Of a stretch of 64,000 nucleotides of DNA, positions 1 to 12,029 are shown in pieces (position 1 is the first letter of the stretch; each line of letters starts with the position of its first letter). The notes under the pieces are model-generated. The model worked only from the letters and a program-made list of their open reading frames with translations. It ran no database searches and was not told the DNA's origin. This stretch comes from Schmidtea nova (Eukaryota). The position numbers were made by a program, and so were the translations under genes. The stretch is taken from the NCBI GenBank assembly GCA_044892505.1, contig CM097882.1:495566001-495630000 (forward strand). The letters are read 5' to 3'.

Positions 1-422
1 CATTTATTTGGACAATCTTTTCATTTAAATTAGTGATACCTTCTTCAATAAAGGTATCACTCCACTCTCTGGCAGAATTTGAGATTACAAAAGATTGTAA
101 TTCATCATCCTTCTCAAATTCTACTTTGAGACAAAATTGAATTTTTAATGATTTTAATTTAATTATATAAGAATTTAATTTATCTAATAATATATCCGGC
201 ACAGAGACCGTTTTTAATAATAAATTAGAAACATCCATTTTAATTATTACATGGGTATCGTTCAAGTCGGAATTAACTTCAACAATACCCATGCTAATTT
301 GATTATTTATAATATTATTCATTTCATCAAATTCATCATCATTGACGACGACTATTTCATCATCATCAATGATGGATATAATATCGATATTACTACTTTT
401 ATTATAAATATCATCTTCATCA

Positions 423-703
423 NNNNNNNNNNNNNNNNNNNNNNNNNNNNNNNNNNNNNNNNNNNNNNNNNNNNNNNNNNNNNNNNNNNNNNNNNNNNNN
501 NNNNNNNNNNNNNNNNNNNNNNNNNNNNNNNNNNNNNNNNNNNNNNNNNNNNNNNNNNNNNNNNNNNNNNNNNNNNNNNNNNNNNNNNNNNNNNNNNNNN
601 NNNNNNNNNNNNNNNNNNNNNNNNNNNNNNNNNNNNNNNNNNNNNNNNNNNNNNNNNNNNNNNNNNNNNNNNNNNNNNNNNNNNNNNNNNNNNNNNNNNN
701 NNN
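423..703. other. Assembly gap (N run)
   Basis: Run of N in the sequence. Confidence 0.99.
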
Positions 704-2358
704 ACTATAGATCAAAAATTTTTTTTATAAACAATAACACAATATTTCGGCATAGCCTTTATCAAGTGTGTATTTCTATCGTTATATTTACTTAATCCTA
801 AATAGTAGCCTTAATTATTTTTTTATATTTTATAATGATTTTATTGGATGAAAAAATTTATTTTAATTTTTTTGTGCGAATTGAATGTTGATGGACGGTT
901 TGTATTTTTTTATGAAAAAAGTCTCGGAAGCTAATCTTTGTAATGAATTTTTGAATCCCTCTTGTAGAATCTGGCATTTTGTTTCTTCTATAGATGGAGT
1001 TGTTTTATGTACTTTCTCCCAGTGTTCGTAATAATTACTGGTTTTGATTTTAGTGTGTTCATTAAGTCGGGTGCGAAAAGTTCTATGTGTTTCTCCTATG
1101 TAAGTAGCATCACATTTTTGGCAAGAAAGTTTATATACTATATTTTTGGAAAAGCAAAAGCATCGGGTTGTGGAACGGCAAAGACATTTATGTTTGGAGA
1201 TGTTGGAAATTGGTGGCTTTCGGAGTTGTGATTTTAACGGTGCGGAGGTTATGAACGTTGGACGGATGTGGATAGGCAAATCTGTTTGATTAAAAATGTT
1301 GGTGATTTTGTTGGCTGTAGTGTCATTTAGGAAAGGTAATCTTAGATATGTTGTGTGTTTGTTATTGTTATTGTGTTTCTGGCGTTTTCTATTGTTGCGT
1401 TTATTGTGGTATGGTTCGTTAAGGAAGTGTTTCTTTACAAAGTCTTCAGTGTATCCATTTTGGAGGAATCGTATTTTGAAGTTTTCTAATGTTTCTTGTA
1501 TTTTGTTTGCGTCTGAACTGTTTCTTATGGCTCTTTTTCTTTCTCCTATTAGTAATGCGATTTTGCGTTGAAGTGGAACGTGGCTTTTCCATGGGAGGAT
1601 ATGACCGCTATGTAAACTTTTAGAATATAGCTCGGTGTTTGCATTTAGTGTATCTTGGCCTTTTGTGAAACTTACCATGGTATCTAAAAACGGTATTTTA
1701 CCTTCTGTGTTCGGTGTTTCAAAAGTGAATTGTATGTTGGTGTTAGTAGAATTTGCGTGTGATAGGATTTGATTGAGAGGGATTGTGGAGACTATGAAGA
1801 TGTCGTCGATGTATCGTTTCCAGAAAAGTATTTTGTCCCCAAAAAAAGAAATGATCTTAGATTCTATAAAGTTCATGTAGAAGATGGCTAAGATGGGAGA
1901 AAGGTTATTACCCATGGCTAATCCATGAATTTGTTTGAATGGTTTTTCTTTAATTATGACAGTATCTGAATTTATTGCTAATTTTAGAAGTTCTATAAAG
2001 TCTTGTTTAGTTAAGTCTGCGAGGTCAGTATTGGCTTTATGAGTTTCAAAGAAAGAAGCTGCGATGTCGAAAATATTATTCTCTCCGTGAAGAGGAATAG
2101 ATCCGTAAAGATTGGAAACATCAAGAGATCCCCAGAAGTACTGTTGTCCTGCGTTTAACGGAAGAGGCGTATTTGTAATTTCGGAGACGAATTCAGAATA
2201 ATTTTTTTCATCCAATAAAAAATCATTATAAAATATTAAAAAGATAATTAAGGCTACTATTTAGGATTAAGTAAATATAACGATAGAAATACACACTTGA
2301 TAAAGGCTGTGCCAAAATATTGTGTTATTGTTTTTAAAAAAAAAATTTGATCTATAGT
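704..2358 (-). mobile_element. 5'-truncated Penelope-like retroelement with inverted terminal repeats
   Basis: RT plus GIY-YIG ORF flanked by ~160-bp inverted repeats (704-861 and 2198-2358; actatagatcaaa...ggatgaaaaaa versus its reverse complement). The left end abuts the gap. Confidence 0.88.
863..2215 (-). CDS. Penelope-like reverse transcriptase / GIY-YIG endonuclease (N-terminally truncated)
   Basis: RT motifs SLDVSNLYGSIP, GLAMGNNLSP, RYIDDIF, FLD; C-terminal CQKCDATYIGET..RLNEH GIY-YIG motif. The track start is a TTG inside the inverted repeat, not a real start. Confidence 0.9.
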   Translation of the reverse strand: MDEKNYSEFVSEITNTPLPLNAGQQYFWGSLDVSNLYGSIPLHGENNIFDIAASFFETHKANTDLADLTKQDFIELLKLAINSDTVIIKEKPFKQIHGLAMGNNLSPILAIFYMNFIESKIISFFGDKILFWKRYIDDIFIVSTIPLNQILSHANSTNTNIQFTFETPNTEGKIPFLDTMVSFTKGQDTLNANTELYSKSLHSGHILPWKSHVPLQRKIALLIGERKRAIRNSSDANKIQETLENFKIRFLQNGYTEDFVKKHFLNEPYHNKRNNRKRQKHNNNNKHTTYLRLPFLNDTTANKITNIFNQTDLPIHIRPTFITSAPLKSQLRKPPISNISKHKCLCRSTTRCFCFSKNIVYKLSCQKCDATYIGETHRTFRTRLNEHTKIKTSNYYEHWEKVHKTTPSIEETKCQILQEGFKNSLQRLASETFFIKKYKPSINIQFAQKN

Positions 2359-3139
2359 CATTATGAGAATTATTTATAATAATAATAAAAAAAGATCAAA
2401 GGTGAAAAAAGATAATTATGATATTATTATTATTAATATGTTTGGTCCTTCATGCGGTCCTTCGTACGTAAATGCAACCTGCACTCAAATTGCGGAATCT
2501 CTTTTGTGATGCCTCTTCATTTATTGTTTAAACCTTATCTCGACCGACTTATAGAATGCGGTTTGTATGACTAGTATTTTACTTTAATTTCTGTTTTAAT
2601 TTCTTTTGCTTTTTTTTACTGCTTAACGTTTTATCGTGCGTTTTGAATCCATTTCTATTTGTATTCATTTAATTTTAATAAAATTTATTTTTCAATTTCG
2701 CCAGCCAAAGATTAGTGACAGATAGCCAGTGATAAAAAGATTGTGAGGTTACGAAGTGAGCCAAGGACACAGTTACGCTCACTATTAACACACAAGAAAA
2801 TTAATCCTATTTAACAATTTACTTATCTTTAATCATAAAGATATCAAAGTTCATCCTGCAAATGCCAAAATTTATATTTTACATTGTCACATGCTTCTAG
2901 TTTTCCGTCTGTAATATGTTGATTATTTTGCACGTAATTTTATTAAGAATATCTTGATTAGTTTATGACCCTTTTAATTTCTGATTTATTTACATTATAA
3001 TATTTATATATGACCCTAACATGGCTTTAAAAGAATTAATTTACCAAATTATTTTAAATGTTTTCAAAATTTACGATTTGATTCATAACTACATTTGTTA
3101 ACAGCCACAATATTGATATTACAAATTTTATAAGTTGTT

Positions 3140-3170
<31 letters not shown>

Positions 3171-3543
3171 CTTGTTTAAATAATTTCTTTATAATATGCA
3201 ACAAATTTGTATTTATATATTTCGTTTTGAAAATATATATATATATATAATTGAATAAATTGAGGTAATAATTTATTTTATGTACTTGAATTAACTAAAT
3301 TTGTAAGGTGTATTGAAAAATTATTTTTATCAAAAGTCTGTAAGTTATTAAAATTATTGTTTTTTGAAAGAAACTCGAATTTTTTTTCATACTTTCATAT
3401 CTAAATTTATTTTTAGTAATTAGACATTTAGTAAGATAACAGTCTAAACATAAAAATATATATATATATATAACAAAGCTTGATTGTTAAAGTAACTACA
3501 TTATATATTTAAGGAAGTATTTATTGAAAGAAATAAACGAAAC

Positions 3544-5805
3544 TTAATACTGATTTCTAAGGTACAATTCAACTAATCTTTCCATTTCCATTACAACACA
3601 ATCTGGTAAAATTTTCATATCAAAATGGAATCTTTTATTGTCAATGTCATAGAAAACACCAGGTAATTCACGTTTTAAAGCCTCGTATATCAATTGCTGA
3701 AACTTTATAAAGAAATCTTTATTTCTAATTGATGTGAACTTTTCATTAAGAATTCTTTTTCTATTATCTGAAATATTTGCCAACATTCCGGGGATTATGT
3801 CTTTCAATTCATCATCTTTATAAATCTCATATACAAGTGGATAAGCTCGGTTAATACTTTCGGAAAGATTTTCTTTGTCAACATTTACATCCAAATAACT
3901 TTCTTCCACTATATCCAATCGCATACTCGTTGTTTTGTCGCTACCGGTACTGGAACTATCATTTTCATCACTGGAAATTCCTTCATCGCTTTCGACCTCA
4001 CTTATTATGTTCTCAGATTCATGGATATTAATTACTTTTCCGACTGTGATGTATTTGGTATTTTTTGGTGCTTCTTGTTGAAAATTTGCGAGTTTGGATT
4101 TTATAGGGCTTTCAAATTCCTGTGTCGTTGAGAATTCCTGCGAATTCGTTGTATTCAAGTTGAAATTTCTGATCATCTTATGGTGCTTGATTCTAGTCAA
4201 GTTTCTTTTTAAGTCGCATGTTAGTTTCTGCCCCATATCATAAGGTTCTTCACAATGATTATCTATCGAAACTGGATTTTTTTTATCGATTATTCTGACA
4301 TCTTTCTTTAGTAATTCGTATTCTGAATCATTGGATATGTTTTTGATTTTTTCTTCATTTGAAATTTTCAAATCTTTTTCTGCTTTTATATATTTTTCTT
4401 GGAATTGATCCAATGGTTTCTTTGGTGAGTTTTTTTCCCCTTGAATCTTTATTTCGATGTTTGAGTTATTTTCCATTCGATGTTTCTCTCTGGAATTGTT
4501 TGTTTGTTCTTTTTTATGTCTCTGAATAAATCTATTATTATTTATAAATGCGTTGTTAATTTTATATCGCTTTTTATTATTAAAAAAATTTCGTTGATAA
4601 ACAGATTTGTTTCGTTCTTTTAATCGTCCTGTAAATCGATCGAAATTCTTTTTTGGATTGAAAAACTGCTTATTTGATTTAATTTTATCTGGTGTGCGTG
4701 GCCGAATGAATTTTTTTTCATCGCAATAGTTTAGTCTTCCAGATCGATTTATATAATCTACATCTTTTCTTGGTGAATTCGAATCTCTTGTGTTTTCAAA
4801 TGAATTTCTTTTATTTCCCATTACATTTTCAGAATTATTAGATGATTTTGAAGAACTATTGCGATTTCTTTCTTGTCTAGGTGATCGGTCTTTATGTTTT
4901 GTGTTCGGGGAAAGATTTTTCTTCCTAGAATTTGAAGAGAAATCGTTTTGGAAAGAAATTTTTGGTGATTGAGTTTTGCTATTTGTTGTTTTTTGATAAT
5001 CTGTACATTTTGGTGAAGAATGCCTGTTTCGGGATACTTTTGGGATTTCTCTCTTTTTTATTGGTGAACTGTGTCTTTTTTTATTTAAATAATCATACTT
5101 TTTTAGTTCTTTCGGAGGAGTATCTGTTTTCCTACATGGCCTAATATCGGCAGGTTTCTTCTTAATATCTGGTGAATATATTACATTTTTTGATGTATTA
5201 GGCGAACTATGTCTTTGTCTTTTTCTAGGAGAAATATCCCTATGGCGTGTAGTTTTAGAATTTTCTTTGGAAGAGTATTTTGGTTTATTCATCTTATTTT
5301 CCTCAGCATCTTTGAAGCTATTTAGTAAATGCATTTTTGTCTCTCTTTTCACTTTTGGGTCATATTTTTCGACGCTATAATATTTATCATTTTTCGATTT
5401 TCTATTTTCACTATTGGAAATATTAGTCTCTTTTCTCGATAGTTTAATATCGAGTTTATCAGGATCAGATTTTTCTCTCTGTTTATTACCTTCTTGTACC
5501 GTTTCTTTTACGACATTAATATTGCCTTGCTTCGTTCCAATATTAAACTTTTTATTATACATCGCATTTATATTTGGCAAATTCTTTTTCAAAATAAGTT
5601 TTGGAGACGTTGGTGAATCTTCGTCGTCATGAAAAATGTCCAATTTATTTTTTTTAATTTCTTTATTCTGGAGACCAAATTTGATTGTTCCAGATACATT
5701 AAGATTATTGTTTTCATTAGTTGTTTCGGATTTATTGGGTATTTCAAAATTAAATCCTGTCGTGATAAAAGACATACCTGACAAATTGTGATCATTCTTA
5801 CTCAT
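3544..5805 (-). CDS. Probable host gene: K/R/S/N-rich low-complexity nuclear protein with a possible C-terminal ET/AHD-like domain
   Basis: Uninterrupted 753-aa ORF with ATG start in ~75% AT DNA; many SP/RS motifs; C-terminal DNKRFHFDMKILPDCVVMEMERLV resembles AF9 AHD / BET ET domain ends (by eye). Confidence 0.6.
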   Translation of the reverse strand: MSKNDHNLSGMSFITTGFNFEIPNKSETTNENNNLNVSGTIKFGLQNKEIKKNKLDIFHDDEDSPTSPKLILKKNLPNINAMYNKKFNIGTKQGNINVVKETVQEGNKQREKSDPDKLDIKLSRKETNISNSENRKSKNDKYYSVEKYDPKVKRETKMHLLNSFKDAEENKMNKPKYSSKENSKTTRHRDISPRKRQRHSSPNTSKNVIYSPDIKKKPADIRPCRKTDTPPKELKKYDYLNKKRHSSPIKKREIPKVSRNRHSSPKCTDYQKTTNSKTQSPKISFQNDFSSNSRKKNLSPNTKHKDRSPRQERNRNSSSKSSNNSENVMGNKRNSFENTRDSNSPRKDVDYINRSGRLNYCDEKKFIRPRTPDKIKSNKQFFNPKKNFDRFTGRLKERNKSVYQRNFFNNKKRYKINNAFINNNRFIQRHKKEQTNNSREKHRMENNSNIEIKIQGEKNSPKKPLDQFQEKYIKAEKDLKISNEEKIKNISNDSEYELLKKDVRIIDKKNPVSIDNHCEEPYDMGQKLTCDLKRNLTRIKHHKMIRNFNLNTTNSQEFSTTQEFESPIKSKLANFQQEAPKNTKYITVGKVINIHESENIISEVESDEGISSDENDSSSTGSDKTTSMRLDIVEESYLDVNVDKENLSESINRAYPLVYEIYKDDELKDIIPGMLANISDNRKRILNEKFTSIRNKDFFIKFQQLIYEALKRELPGVFYDIDNKRFHFDMKILPDCVVMEMERLVELYLRNQY

Positions 5806-7479
5806 TGTCTAAAATAGTTGATATTGTATATAATCTATAAATTACTTAAAAATTTTAACAGTAAAACATTGAAGATTACAATTTTTTAGTGATATTGATT
5901 AATAAAAGGTCAAAAAATCGTATTAAAGGATTATTTAAACAATTTATAGTTTTAAAATTTTTCAAAAAATTGACTAAATTTCAACTGGGTTTAATTTTTT
6001 CTACTGAATTTCTTTTAAAAATTTATAATTTTTCGAATAAATTGAAATAATAATTAAAAATTTCAAACTAAAACGGCTTTGAATAAATATTGGCTTTAGA
6101 AATATTAGAAGTTCTCAATGCTACTAGTTTGCATTAATATTTTTTATATTATTAAAAAAGGTACTTATTAAATGATTATTTAAACAATTTTATAAGTGGA
6201 CGTTTTTAAAAAAATTACAATTGTCAAATTTATAAAATAATTTAATTAAAATTCTCACAAATATTTTGATCAGATATTTGATTAGGACGTATAAAATCAA
6301 ATAATTAGAAATATTTGCATTAAAAAGGACGCCATAAAAATCACAAAAATATAAATGTGTAATAAAAGTGGCGTTTACCTCTTGATTATTGAAGCATCGC
6401 AAAACAAAGATAAATTGTTGTTTATAGTAGTAATTAATATTCTCAGTAAACTTCCACGGGAATCTTTCTATAGATAATCATGTATATTATATACAACTAT
6501 TTTTATAACATTTTTATAATTCACTTACCAAATATTTGAGATTTTCGAAATTCAACGTAATCAACTAAATCTGACTCGCTAAATATAAAAAATTGTATAA
6601 AATAATTGCATGTTGAAGTTAACAACATCAATGTAAGGCTCGATAATTTAACTGAATATATAATCCAAATACACAACCGGCAATACATTGTGCTGGAAAT
6701 CGCCAGTATTCACAATACATCGTAACTGAATTACAGTTGATTCTTACCAATTCTTGTACACTCATTATAATTCATAAATAAAGAGTTCAAAACAGCGATA
6801 TAATTATATATGATTTTAATTGAAATGCCAGAAATAAAAATTAACATTGCTTAAATAATATTGTTTTTTGATATAATAAAGTTTTATCGTTCATTCACTT
6901 TATTTTTCATTTTTAATTCTATAATATCATTTAAAACATTAAACAATAGCTTTTTTTCTTGTCAAAACAACTCATCTACAAACTATCAAAGTAGTCAACA
7001 TTTTTAAATCGTACAATTACTTGAGCTATATCGATTACTTTTATACAGATGATGAATTTGATTCTTGTGGAAATTTTTTGGAATCAACACCGTTGAAATT
7101 TGGAAACAAACTTAAGATCAAATCATTTGATATGGATATTAACACCAGATTTACCGGAATTGAAGTTTTTGGTAAATATTCTTAATTCCTTTATTTTTAA
7201 CATAAAACTAATATTAATATTAATATATTAATATTTATTCACTACAGTTTTTACATATCCTTGACATTTTTAACGTACAAACATTTATTACACTTAACAC
7301 AAATATTATTTGATGTTTTTTTAAAAAATCATTTTTTGACAAGTTATTGTACAGTGGATTTGTGTGTGTCTGACTGCGGATTGGAATCAGTGTTGGTTGT
7401 ATTTATATTATCACTTGCTAGTTCTTCAGCATATTGAAAAATAAAGTTTTTTCTTGTTATATTTACTCATGTGGTCTCC

Positions 7480-8100
7480 TTGTATAATATTCACACGTTG
7501 ATATCCGGCTTTCACTTTATACTTTTGTGCTATTTTGTCTATAACGTCCACTCCATATTTGATTTGATTTTTAAAAATGCTATTGTCTTCCGGATGCGTT
7601 TAGAAATTTTCTTCAATTTTTACAAAATTATATTTTAAACTGATGAGAAGTACCTTCTTTTTTCCGATTTGCTCCTGTAAACTGAGAGAACACCGTTTTC
7701 AGATTTATAAAGTAGCGTAGAAAATTGCTGCATATTATCTTAGCTTTTGCGGCTGTTGGTAATTATTTTTTTATTTCATCGTATAGTCTCAACGAGAGTT
7801 GTTTTTTGCAAGTGGAAGGCTCGTGAAAAAATTGTCAGTGGCTAAATTTCGTCCGCAGCCTAAATATGAATTCATAAGTTTGAGAACGAAAATTTATCTG
7901 GTTTCTGGGGCATATATTGAGTGAAGCGGCACCTGGCCTTTGTTGGAAACAATTGTTATGTACGCGTCAGACTTAAGCAATTCTGGCTATTTTCAATAAA
8001 TTATTTCACATTGTAGAAATAAGTGCAAATTTTTCATAATGGCTATAGTCCGTCAAAATACAACTAAATATAAGACAAAATCGTTTTTATCCTTATCTTT
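7480..8100 (-). pseudogene. Decayed piggyBac (PGBD4-like) transposase fragment
   Basis: Manual translation gives FIENSQNC, QLFPTKARCRFTQYMPQKPDKF (~7890-7955), GRNLATDNFFTSLPLA and KYGVDVIDKIAQKY, interrupted by stops and frameshifts. Confidence 0.85.
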
Positions 8101-9289
8101 TCAAATTACCCTAAGACATCAAGTATTCGTTGATGAAATAAAATTGAAATGATGTGAAGACAACAAACAAACTTTTCACAATAAACACATACTTACACGT
8201 CAACCGTTATAATACAACTAATTACACATGGCATCGCAAAGTACGACAAATAAGAATTGACTCCATGTATGGACATGCATAATCCTGTTTACATATTTTA
8301 GAAAAGTCGTGTGACAGTTTTCTGAGAAAGAGATATGAAAGATTTATATTGGCTTCACTCACAAAGCAGTTGAAGGAATAAGCGAGAAGAAAACAGTGCT
8401 TTTCAGAACCACAAACTGCTAATATAATAAATCCAACAATTTGACCGGTATCCTGAAAAATAGGTATACTGCACACAGATACATACAGAGGGCCTTGGAA
8501 GAAAAAAATTCAGATAAATACACGTTTCAGTATATGCTTAATAATCAACATATATTTCTAATATAAAATATTTATGCTTTCTGGTTTATTTAATTTATTT
8601 ATCCAGATTGTTATTTACGGAACCCAGTTCCGGAACCGGTTCCGTATATCTATTGTTAATAATAATTTTTTAAATTTCTGTATTAGCCATTTTAAAATGG
8701 CTTTCAGGTAATTTAATTTAGAAAGCGGGAGAAAGAATTAGTTGAATTAGAAGTGAAGAGAATTGTAAAGAAACCAGAAGCAAAACTTAAAAAGAAACTT
8801 AAAGAAGAGTTGAAAATATACAGAGAAACAAAGAGATAAGCAACAGAAGCTGATCCAGTTAATAATCGAGTGAAGTTCAGCGTAAATCCAAGTCAAACCA
8901 AGAAAGCAACCAGTTAAATTACCAATTGTTGTATCCCTCAGTGGTGAGTGATTGTTCGAACCAAGATTATACAAAGGTGCTATTCTTCACCATCGTGTCG
9001 TAATAAGCACCGTATAATCAGTTGTTCGACTGCTGAGTTTGGGTCAATTCAGTGTTAAGGAAAATATTTGTGATATTCAATAAAGTTTCCAGTGTTAATT
9101 GTTATTGTGGTCAATTAAAAGGCACGCTTTGGAGTCAGATATTTGATTGGTAACTTTTACCATTTCACCAACAACCCCAGAACCCAACACTTCTTTTCTC
9201 TCTCTCTCTTTCCTATAATAATCATCATCATCATTTTCTCCTGGTGTATTTGCAAACATTTCAATCGCCTAATTTAATTTGATTGCATC

Positions 9290-10190
9290 AGTTTTCATTG
9301 GCTCTACATCTTCCCTTTGTACCCATATTTCCGTTTCCATCGTTATAAATTTTGGTTCCTGTGTTAATTTGCTGTTTGGATGTGCTTTTAATTTTAGGTA
9401 TTCCCGTAGATAATATTTTTATGGTATTTTCGTTGGCAGTTTTACACAATCTGTCCACTGAGATTCTACTACTAGAAAATATATTTCTGATACTTTTGAC
9501 GTTTTCCAAAGCCGAGTGAATTATTTCCCGTGTCTTTTCTGAAGATCTCCATTGTTACTGTTTTTAATTAAAACCACTGACCTTTTCTCGTTCCATTTAA
9601 CGTTTTCAAAATTGAAGCAGCACCAAGGTCTCTTATGCCATATAATTTGTTCGTCCATATTTTCAAATGTGTTAGTTCGGCACGTAGATTGTGCCCAATA
9701 AGAATTTTCCCAAAGGTCAACCTTTGTATTTCTTTCATTTAGAATTTATTGAACTGATTTCTGCTGACTATTTCTGTGATTCTGCGAATAGATATATGTA
9801 AGTATTACACTTTTACCCAAAGACTAATTTGTATGTTTTAATAATTTTACAGTCATAATTCATAATTGCCAACGGGATCATTTTTCGATCTTCTGATGTC
9901 CTATATTCTCCATCAATAAATAATATTCTACTTCGTATTTACTTAATTAGCATTTCCTTTCGAATGAATGACATCTTCCACTTATCCTTCCGTTATCCGA
10001 AATAGATTTGACTCGTCCTCTTTTGGTAAGTATTCTTTTGACATATCGTCTCTCTGATGAGATAATCTGATTTCTACTGGCATTAGTGTTTCTGCGTGTG
10101 CTGCTTTCATTCTTTGGTGCATTATTTCCATGAAGTAAATTTGGGGATTTCTTTCCATGCTTCCTCCTTTTTAAAAATTTCTCAATTTTC
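9290..10190 (-). pseudogene. Decayed REX4/ISG20-like DEDDh exonuclease ORF, homologous to ORF 60328-61518
   Basis: Manual translation: ILFIDGEY (9900-9926), GKILIGHNLRAELTHLKI (~9660-9712), YGIRDL; several stops and frameshifts. Confidence 0.7.
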
Positions 10191-11818
10191 TTTAATTATA
10201 TGAATCCTGCGTTCACATTTTGATCTCTTCGATTAGTTTCAGCCTGGAATTTCTTGTATAACTAAATAGATATATTCGTCTGTCATCAATCTGTAACCAG
10301 CTTGGAATCATGAGATTGTTTTGAATCGTAAACTCGGATTGATTAAAATGTTTTCCCTTTAGTCTATAATAATCGTTGTATATAGATCTGGGACAATCTA
10401 GATTTTTCATTATTTCTAAAATATCTTAAAATTATTTTTAATTTTTATTACCAGCAGCAGGTTGGCACCAAATGAATACCGCCAACTCTGGTAAATATAA
10501 ATAATAATATTAATTACCTTATTATTAATTTAAATTTTCTTTAAAAACACTTTAAAATAGTTTATTTTGTAATATTATTTAGGTTTTATTCTCCCTTTAA
10601 TACCCCTTAAAAGGAAATTTTATTCCTACCAAACCAAAATTTCATTGTTTGTTCCCAAAGAATCACCAACAAATCAAATTTCAATGAGCTAAAAATACAT
10701 AAATTTGCATAGGAAAATATAAAATATCAGTGTATGAATTATACTAATAACATTTTGCATGTCAATAAATAGAATGTATCTCACTAAACAAATGTCTCCT
10801 CATATGCTATACAAGGTCTTGGTCCCTGGATTGAACAATAGTACTATTGACTGTTTTCCGAATTATGAATACTGAGATGAAGCGAATAAGTATCATGATC
10901 ACAAAAATACAAACGATTGTCACAATTATACAAGATATGTTTGTTATCGGATTCCTTAAATAGTTTCATTTGAATTTATAATGTTATCATTTTTTAATGT
11001 CTGCCGTATTCGCTGTATTTTGCATCTGACTCGAAAGATAGATTTTATTTGTTTTGAATCACTCAAATTCTTTAGGAATATTGTCATTTATTATTGTCAA
11101 ACGATACACGAACATATCTGTTCTCTATAATATTTGCATAATATTTGCCAATGATTTTGTTACTACGTTTATAGTATTGAACTTTAATCCAAACGATTTT
11201 AGCGGTTGACTTTGATTTGAATTGTTGAAAGCTTAGGATTTGTGAGAACTTCTTTGTCATCAAGAATTGTTAGAATATTTCCACAATAATAGAGAATCAC
11301 TTTTTCATTAATGTCTGATTGCCTAAACGCTTGGATTATTTGATTATAATATTGAAACACCACCCGATTTGTTTCATTAAACAAATGTTGATTTATATCA
11401 TGTGATATTTATACGTAGAGATTTCATAATAATAGATTGTAATATTATAATTTTGTTACACTTTTAGATTTACAAAGTTAATAAAAGACTTTCTAGTATT
11501 CAAAGTATCAATTGCATAATTCTGAAAAATAGTTGTGACTTGTTGAAATTCCCGAGGATTTCAAAATATAATTATTCCATTTTCAGCAGGTTCTTTTTCT
11601 ACTGGATCTTTTTGTCCAGGCATTAACTCTTTAAATTATGGATTTTAGTGTAATTTGACCAGGAAGAATAATGTTTAATTAACCATGGATATTTATAATC
11701 CATCGTCAAATGATGAGCTACATGGATGTTATTATGTTAATTTAATTTAGTGGGAAGGTCAAAATAGTTAAGTAGATTACCCAGCTCTTTTTTGACCTCT
11801 CGCCATGATATGTCCATT

Positions 11819-11970
11819 NNNNNNNNNNNNNNNNNNNNNNNNNNNNNNNNNNNNNNNNNNNNNNNNNNNNNNNNNNNNNNNNNNNNNNNNNNNNNNNNNN
11901 NNNNNNNNNNNNNNNNNNNNNNNNNNNNNNNNNNNNNNNNNNNNNNNNNNNNNNNNNNNNNNNNNNNNNN
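11819..11970. other. Assembly gap (N run)
   Basis: Run of N in the sequence. Confidence 0.99.
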
Positions 11971-12029
11971 TTTTATATTTATTTTAATGTTTATGTAGTG
12001 CACGAATACGTGTATAAAGAGATATTGAA

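Noticed and set aside
251-730. 159-aa plus-strand ORF in the track
   Set aside because: It spans the N gap and is an artefact. The same applies to the ORFs over 11737-12003.
3143-3170. (TA)n microsatellites (also ~12826-12846)
   Set aside because: Ordinary simple repeats in an AT-rich genome.
7048-7171. Possible plus-strand host exon (AG|DDEFDSCGNFLESTPLKFG...EVF|GTAAAT)
   Set aside because: The splice-like ends are plausible, but there are no linked exons or recognisable protein.
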